Positions 34,960-35,120 of a stretch of DNA of 35,120 bases are shown piece by piece. The DNA is taken from the IMG/VR virus record IMGVR_UViG_3300020043_000969, positions 1-35,120 of that record; one strand, 5' to 3'. This DNA is from a virus (lineage: Duplodnaviria > Caudoviricetes). The translations under genes and the position numbers were made by a program. A model generated the notes under the pieces. It was given only the letters and a program-made list of their open reading frames with translations, ran no database searches and was not told the origin of the DNA. Numbering within the stretch: position 1 is the stretch's first letter; every line of letters starts with the position of its first letter.

Positions 34960-35120
34960 AATAAGTCTGTAAGATTTACATACTTAAAATGCTTGACTGG
35001 GACATCAAAAAACAACTCGCCAGCAGGAACTTCTATATTCTTGACCTCTATCAATGGACTGCCTTCAATCACCTGAGTTTTTGCCCAATACGCATGGATT
35101 AAGTCTTGAGTTAGTGCAAA
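34956..35120 (-). CDS. 3' end of the junction-spanning PD-(D/E)XK-like gene
   Basis: ...ELFFDVPVKHFKYVNLTDLF*, stop at 34956-34958 overlapping the lysozyme stop within TTAA. Confidence 0.7.
   Translation of the reverse strand, partial: FALTQDLIHAYWAKTQVIEGSPLIEVKNIEVPAGELFFDVPVKHFKYVNLTDLF
35000..35120. repeat. Terminal direct repeat, copy 2
   Basis: Identical to 1-121. Confidence 0.95.

Noticed and set aside
35000-35120. 121-bp repeat as a biological terminal repeat
   Set aside because: It falls mid-gene, far from the terminase genes, and has a k-mer-like length; an assembler overlap is more likely
1-35120. tRNA genes, integrase/att site, alternative genetic code
   Set aside because: No cloverleaf or recombinase motifs seen; genes tile densely under the standard code using all three stop codons

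Overview
A complete, circularly assembled tailed-phage genome of 34,999 bp; bases 1-121 are repeated exactly at 35000-35120. The architecture is P22-like podovirus. A leftward early operon encodes ERF, a YqaJ exonuclease, a small SSB-like protein, a PD-(D/E)XK nuclease crossing the junction and many small ORFs. A Cro-like gene and rightward middle genes follow, then terS/terL, portal, scaffold, major capsid, adaptor/nozzle, fibres, four ejection-type proteins and a holin-lysozyme cassette. I see no integrase, CI, DNA polymerase, primase, helicase, tRNA or CRISPR array. A Gram-negative host, possibly a freshwater betaproteobacterium, is inference only. The most unusual region is the ~690-bp non-coding block at 4329-5019. 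It holds a sigma70-like promoter, a ~190-nt multi-hairpin RNA-like element, about a dozen different operator-like palindromes in tandem, and a second long hairpin. Other notable items: a signal-peptide-less protein ending in a beta-barrel-type C-terminal signal, a possible effector/antisense-immunity pair, an HNH gene that duplicated and recoded the tail-fibre C-terminus, an unannotated lipoprotein, a SieA-positioned antisense membrane ORF, and a replication initiator that lacks its DNA-binding half. All product calls come from motif recognition, not database searches.
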